Under the pieces are notes generated by a model. It was not told the origin of the DNA. It made no database searches and was given only the letters and a program-made list of their open reading frames with translations. The position numbers and the translations under genes were made by a program. A stretch of DNA of 64,000 nucleotides from a virus (Duplodnaviria > Heunggongvirae > Uroviricota > Caudoviricetes), in IMG/VR virus record IMGVR_UViG_3300020156_000003, positions 46,825-110,824 of that record; one strand, 5' to 3'. Shown piece after piece: positions 62,226 to 64,000 of the stretch (position 1 is its first letter; the number at the start of each line of letters is the position of its first letter).

Positions 62226-62746
62226 GGCGGGCTATCGCTATCGCCGCCCTTGTCGCGGCTAACGCCCACGCGGCCGACTGCGATGCGCAGATGCAGACGA
62301 TCTTCGCCGATCTCGAAACTGCCGCTTCGCGCATCGTCGAGCGGCAGGGCAAGGCAATGCGTCCTGCGCTGCTCGAAGCGGCTCAACTGACGCCGTTCAT
62401 TGCGCGCGTCGGCTGGATCAGCGGCACCTTCCGAATGCAGTACAGCGTGAGCTTGTGTGATCAGCCTTTTGAATTGCGGCAGGGCACGATTGCGCATGAG
62501 TTCGGACACCTTTTGCAGTTCGCGCTGCAATCGAAAGCCGACGAGCTGCGGTTGGCGCGCTACGGCGTCTGGTTGCGGTCGCAGGCCGAGCACGAACACG
62601 CGGCGAACTATTACGGCGCACAGGTGCTGCGCGAGGCGAACGTCGATTCGGCGCCGTACCTTGCGCGCCTGGATGCCGCTTGTGCTGCCGGCAGCAATTA
62701 TGAGTGCCGAGCCGCTGAGAGTTGGCGGATTGGCTTGACGTGGTGA
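62222..62746 (+). CDS. Secreted small protein with an HExxH zincin motif.
   Basis: Signal peptide AIAIAALVAANAHA/AD. Zincin motif TIAHEFGHLLQF. Confidence 0.5.
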   Translation: MRRAIAIAALVAANAHAADCDAQMQTIFADLETAASRIVERQGKAMRPALLEAAQLTPFIARVGWISGTFRMQYSVSLCDQPFELRQGTIAHEFGHLLQFALQSKADELRLARYGVWLRSQAEHEHAANYYGAQVLREANVDSAPYLARLDAACAAGSNYECRAAESWRIGLTW

Positions 62747-62764
62747 CAGAACAGCAAAGGAGGA

Positions 62765-63226
62765 GTGATGGGTTCCATTCATGAACGATTGAAGCGCCGG
62801 CAGCAGGCAATCCGCCTGCTCGACCAGCAAGGGCCGACCGCCGTCGGCGACCGCAACCGTCAGTTTGCCGCCAAACTGCGCAAGCTCGGCACGGCCGACC
62901 GCCTGGTCAAGCTCCACGACGACCTCAAGCGTGCGCGCGGCATGTCGGACATGGCACGCCACGATGAAATGTATCGGCTGGCGAAAGAGGCGAAGGATCT
63001 CGGACTCAAGGGCCGGTATGGTCTGCTGTGCAACCGCACGCAATGTCTGTCGGATGGTGCCACTTGGTATAACCGCGGCAGCTACGCCTTCTACTGCGAG
63101 GACTGTGCGCACATGCTCAATGACTGCAACAGTCGCGACGCCGAACGACTGCTCGGGGCAGGCGAGAAGCTGTGCATTGAAGTGGCGTCGGCCGAAGAAG
63201 CAGCCAAGCTGCATGTGACGCCATGA
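62765..63226 (+). CDS. Hypothetical Cys-rich protein
   Basis: AAAGGAGGAG RBS. Confidence 0.45.
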   Translation: MMGSIHERLKRRQQAIRLLDQQGPTAVGDRNRQFAAKLRKLGTADRLVKLHDDLKRARGMSDMARHDEMYRLAKEAKDLGLKGRYGLLCNRTQCLSDGATWYNRGSYAFYCEDCAHMLNDCNSRDAERLLGAGEKLCIEVASAEEAAKLHVTP

Positions 63227-63591
63227 TCATCAATCTCAGCGACATGCGCGGCAAGACGCTGGCAGAACTCGGCGTCAAGCCTGGCTGGTTCTGCCAACAC
63301 TCCGGCTGCTCGATCTGGGTGGAGGTCTTGGAGGTATGGGACAACATGCTGTTGGTCGTGGCACGTCGTCCCGCCGACCAGACCGATCTGGTGACGCACC
63401 ATCCTAGCCGCTACAGCGGCATCTGGACATTGTCCGATGAGCTGCCGAACGGTTATTGGATCCGCGGCGTGGGCCTGAACCGCAGGAAGAATTTCTACGA
63501 CAAGTTCCATCCGGAACTGACGCGGATCATTCCATCCCGCCAGCGGATTGTCATGCGCGATTACCGCTCGCGGGAATCAAGGAGTGCCTGA
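63223..63591 (+). CDS. Hypothetical protein
   Basis: ATGA coupling with the upstream gene. Confidence 0.4.
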   Translation: MIINLSDMRGKTLAELGVKPGWFCQHSGCSIWVEVLEVWDNMLLVVARRPADQTDLVTHHPSRYSGIWTLSDELPNGYWIRGVGLNRRKNFYDKFHPELTRIIPSRQRIVMRDYRSRESRSA

Positions 63592-63761
63592 TGGGCTACG
63601 GACAATGGAATGGCAAGCGGCACACGCCGATCACGCCCTACGTTGGATCCTGGGCGTGGCAGGAAGAACAGCGGCGCAAGGGGCTGCTGCAACCATCCGG
63701 CCACACGCCGCAATCAGCTTGCGATGATGTGTCTGTCGAAACAAAGAAGGGAGCGCCATGA
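63591..63761 (+). CDS. Hypothetical small protein
   Basis: ORF with an overlapping start. Confidence 0.3.
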   Translation: MGYGQWNGKRHTPITPYVGSWAWQEEQRRKGLLQPSGHTPQSACDDVSVETKKGAP

Positions 63762-63997
63762 ACATCAACCGGAATACACCCAAGTCGGAGATTCGTCGGC
63801 AGCTTGAAGCTGAAACCGACCTTCGTTTTGGATGCGGGATCGATTTCCACGCTACGCGTCTGTCGGATCGCGGCCCGCTGCTGGAGGCAGCGAAAAAGAA
63901 AGGCTACCGTCATGTCGATGACGGCATGAGCCTGGCCTACCACTTCTATCAATACCTGGAGAAGGGCGCCAATGCCGACAATCCTGAAGCTGACTGA
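63758..63997 (+). CDS. Hypothetical protein
   Basis: ORF. Confidence 0.4.
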   Translation: MNINRNTPKSEIRRQLEAETDLRFGCGIDFHATRLSDRGPLLEAAKKKGYRHVDDGMSLAYHFYQYLEKGANADNPEAD

Positions 63998-64000
63998 TCC

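Noticed and set aside
1-64000. CRISPR arrays, rRNA or IS elements
   Set aside because: No regularly spaced direct repeats with unique spacers were seen. No long terminal inverted repeats or transposase-like ORFs were seen. No rRNA-like conserved stretches were seen.

Overview
This GC-rich 64 kb window is almost entirely phage DNA, either a temperate phage genome or a prophage interior. Nearly all genes read left to right on the + strand, tightly packed, often with overlapping ATGA/GTGA stop-start junctions.

Layout, left to right:
- 1-3.5 kb: the end of a late module with a 5'-truncated BspA-type leucine-rich-repeat (LRR) tail-fibre-like gene, a peptidase-M15 endolysin and holin/spanin-like membrane proteins. 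It is closed by a terminator at about 3541-3567.
- 3.6-17.7 kb: a metallophosphoesterase, PhoH, a DnaB-like helicase, a zinc-finger/TOPRIM primase, a WGR-domain protein, an ATP-dependent DNA ligase and guanylate kinase.
- 17.7-20.6 kb: the lysogeny control region. It holds an attP core that matches the 3' two-thirds of tRNA-Cys(GCA), a tyrosine integrase on the + strand, an AlpA/Xis-like excisionase on the - strand, a near-consensus LexA box, an XRE/CI-like repressor on the - strand, and divergent promoters.
- 20.6-48.9 kb: a long rightward operon. It encodes CobT-like vWA and CobS-like AAA+ proteins, a sigma-70-family protein, a truncated DnaE (Pol III alpha) with a C-terminal UDG-fold domain, a gp32-like SSB, a flap endonuclease, a RecA/UvsX-like recombinase, SbcD/SbcC, an HD-domain (p)ppGpp-hydrolase-like protein, a RuvC-like resolvase, class II ribonucleotide reductase, ThyX, a MazG-like protein and a P-loop kinase.
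- 49-64 kb: many small ORFs of unknown function, plus a DnaQ-like exonuclease, an HNH endonuclease, lipoproteins and membrane proteins, a secreted HExxH mini-protein and one reverse-strand moron.

The most striking non-coding signal is a dispersed family of palindromic operator-like sites with the core TAAGTCA-N3-4-TGACTTA. There are about twenty copies sitting at promoters and 5'UTRs across the window, including inside the immunity region. Three copies are extended to perfect 28-36 bp palindromes with 12-14 bp arms. The family merges into a near-identical roughly 40 bp promoter repeat, AGTAAGTAAGCnGTGAGCTATAAT, present in four copies. This looks like a stoperator-like global repressor network.

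No rRNA, complete tRNA or CRISPR array was seen. Coordinates of hand-located motifs may be off by 1-2 nt. CDS boundaries follow the supplied ORF track, with starts re-chosen from RBS and coupling context.
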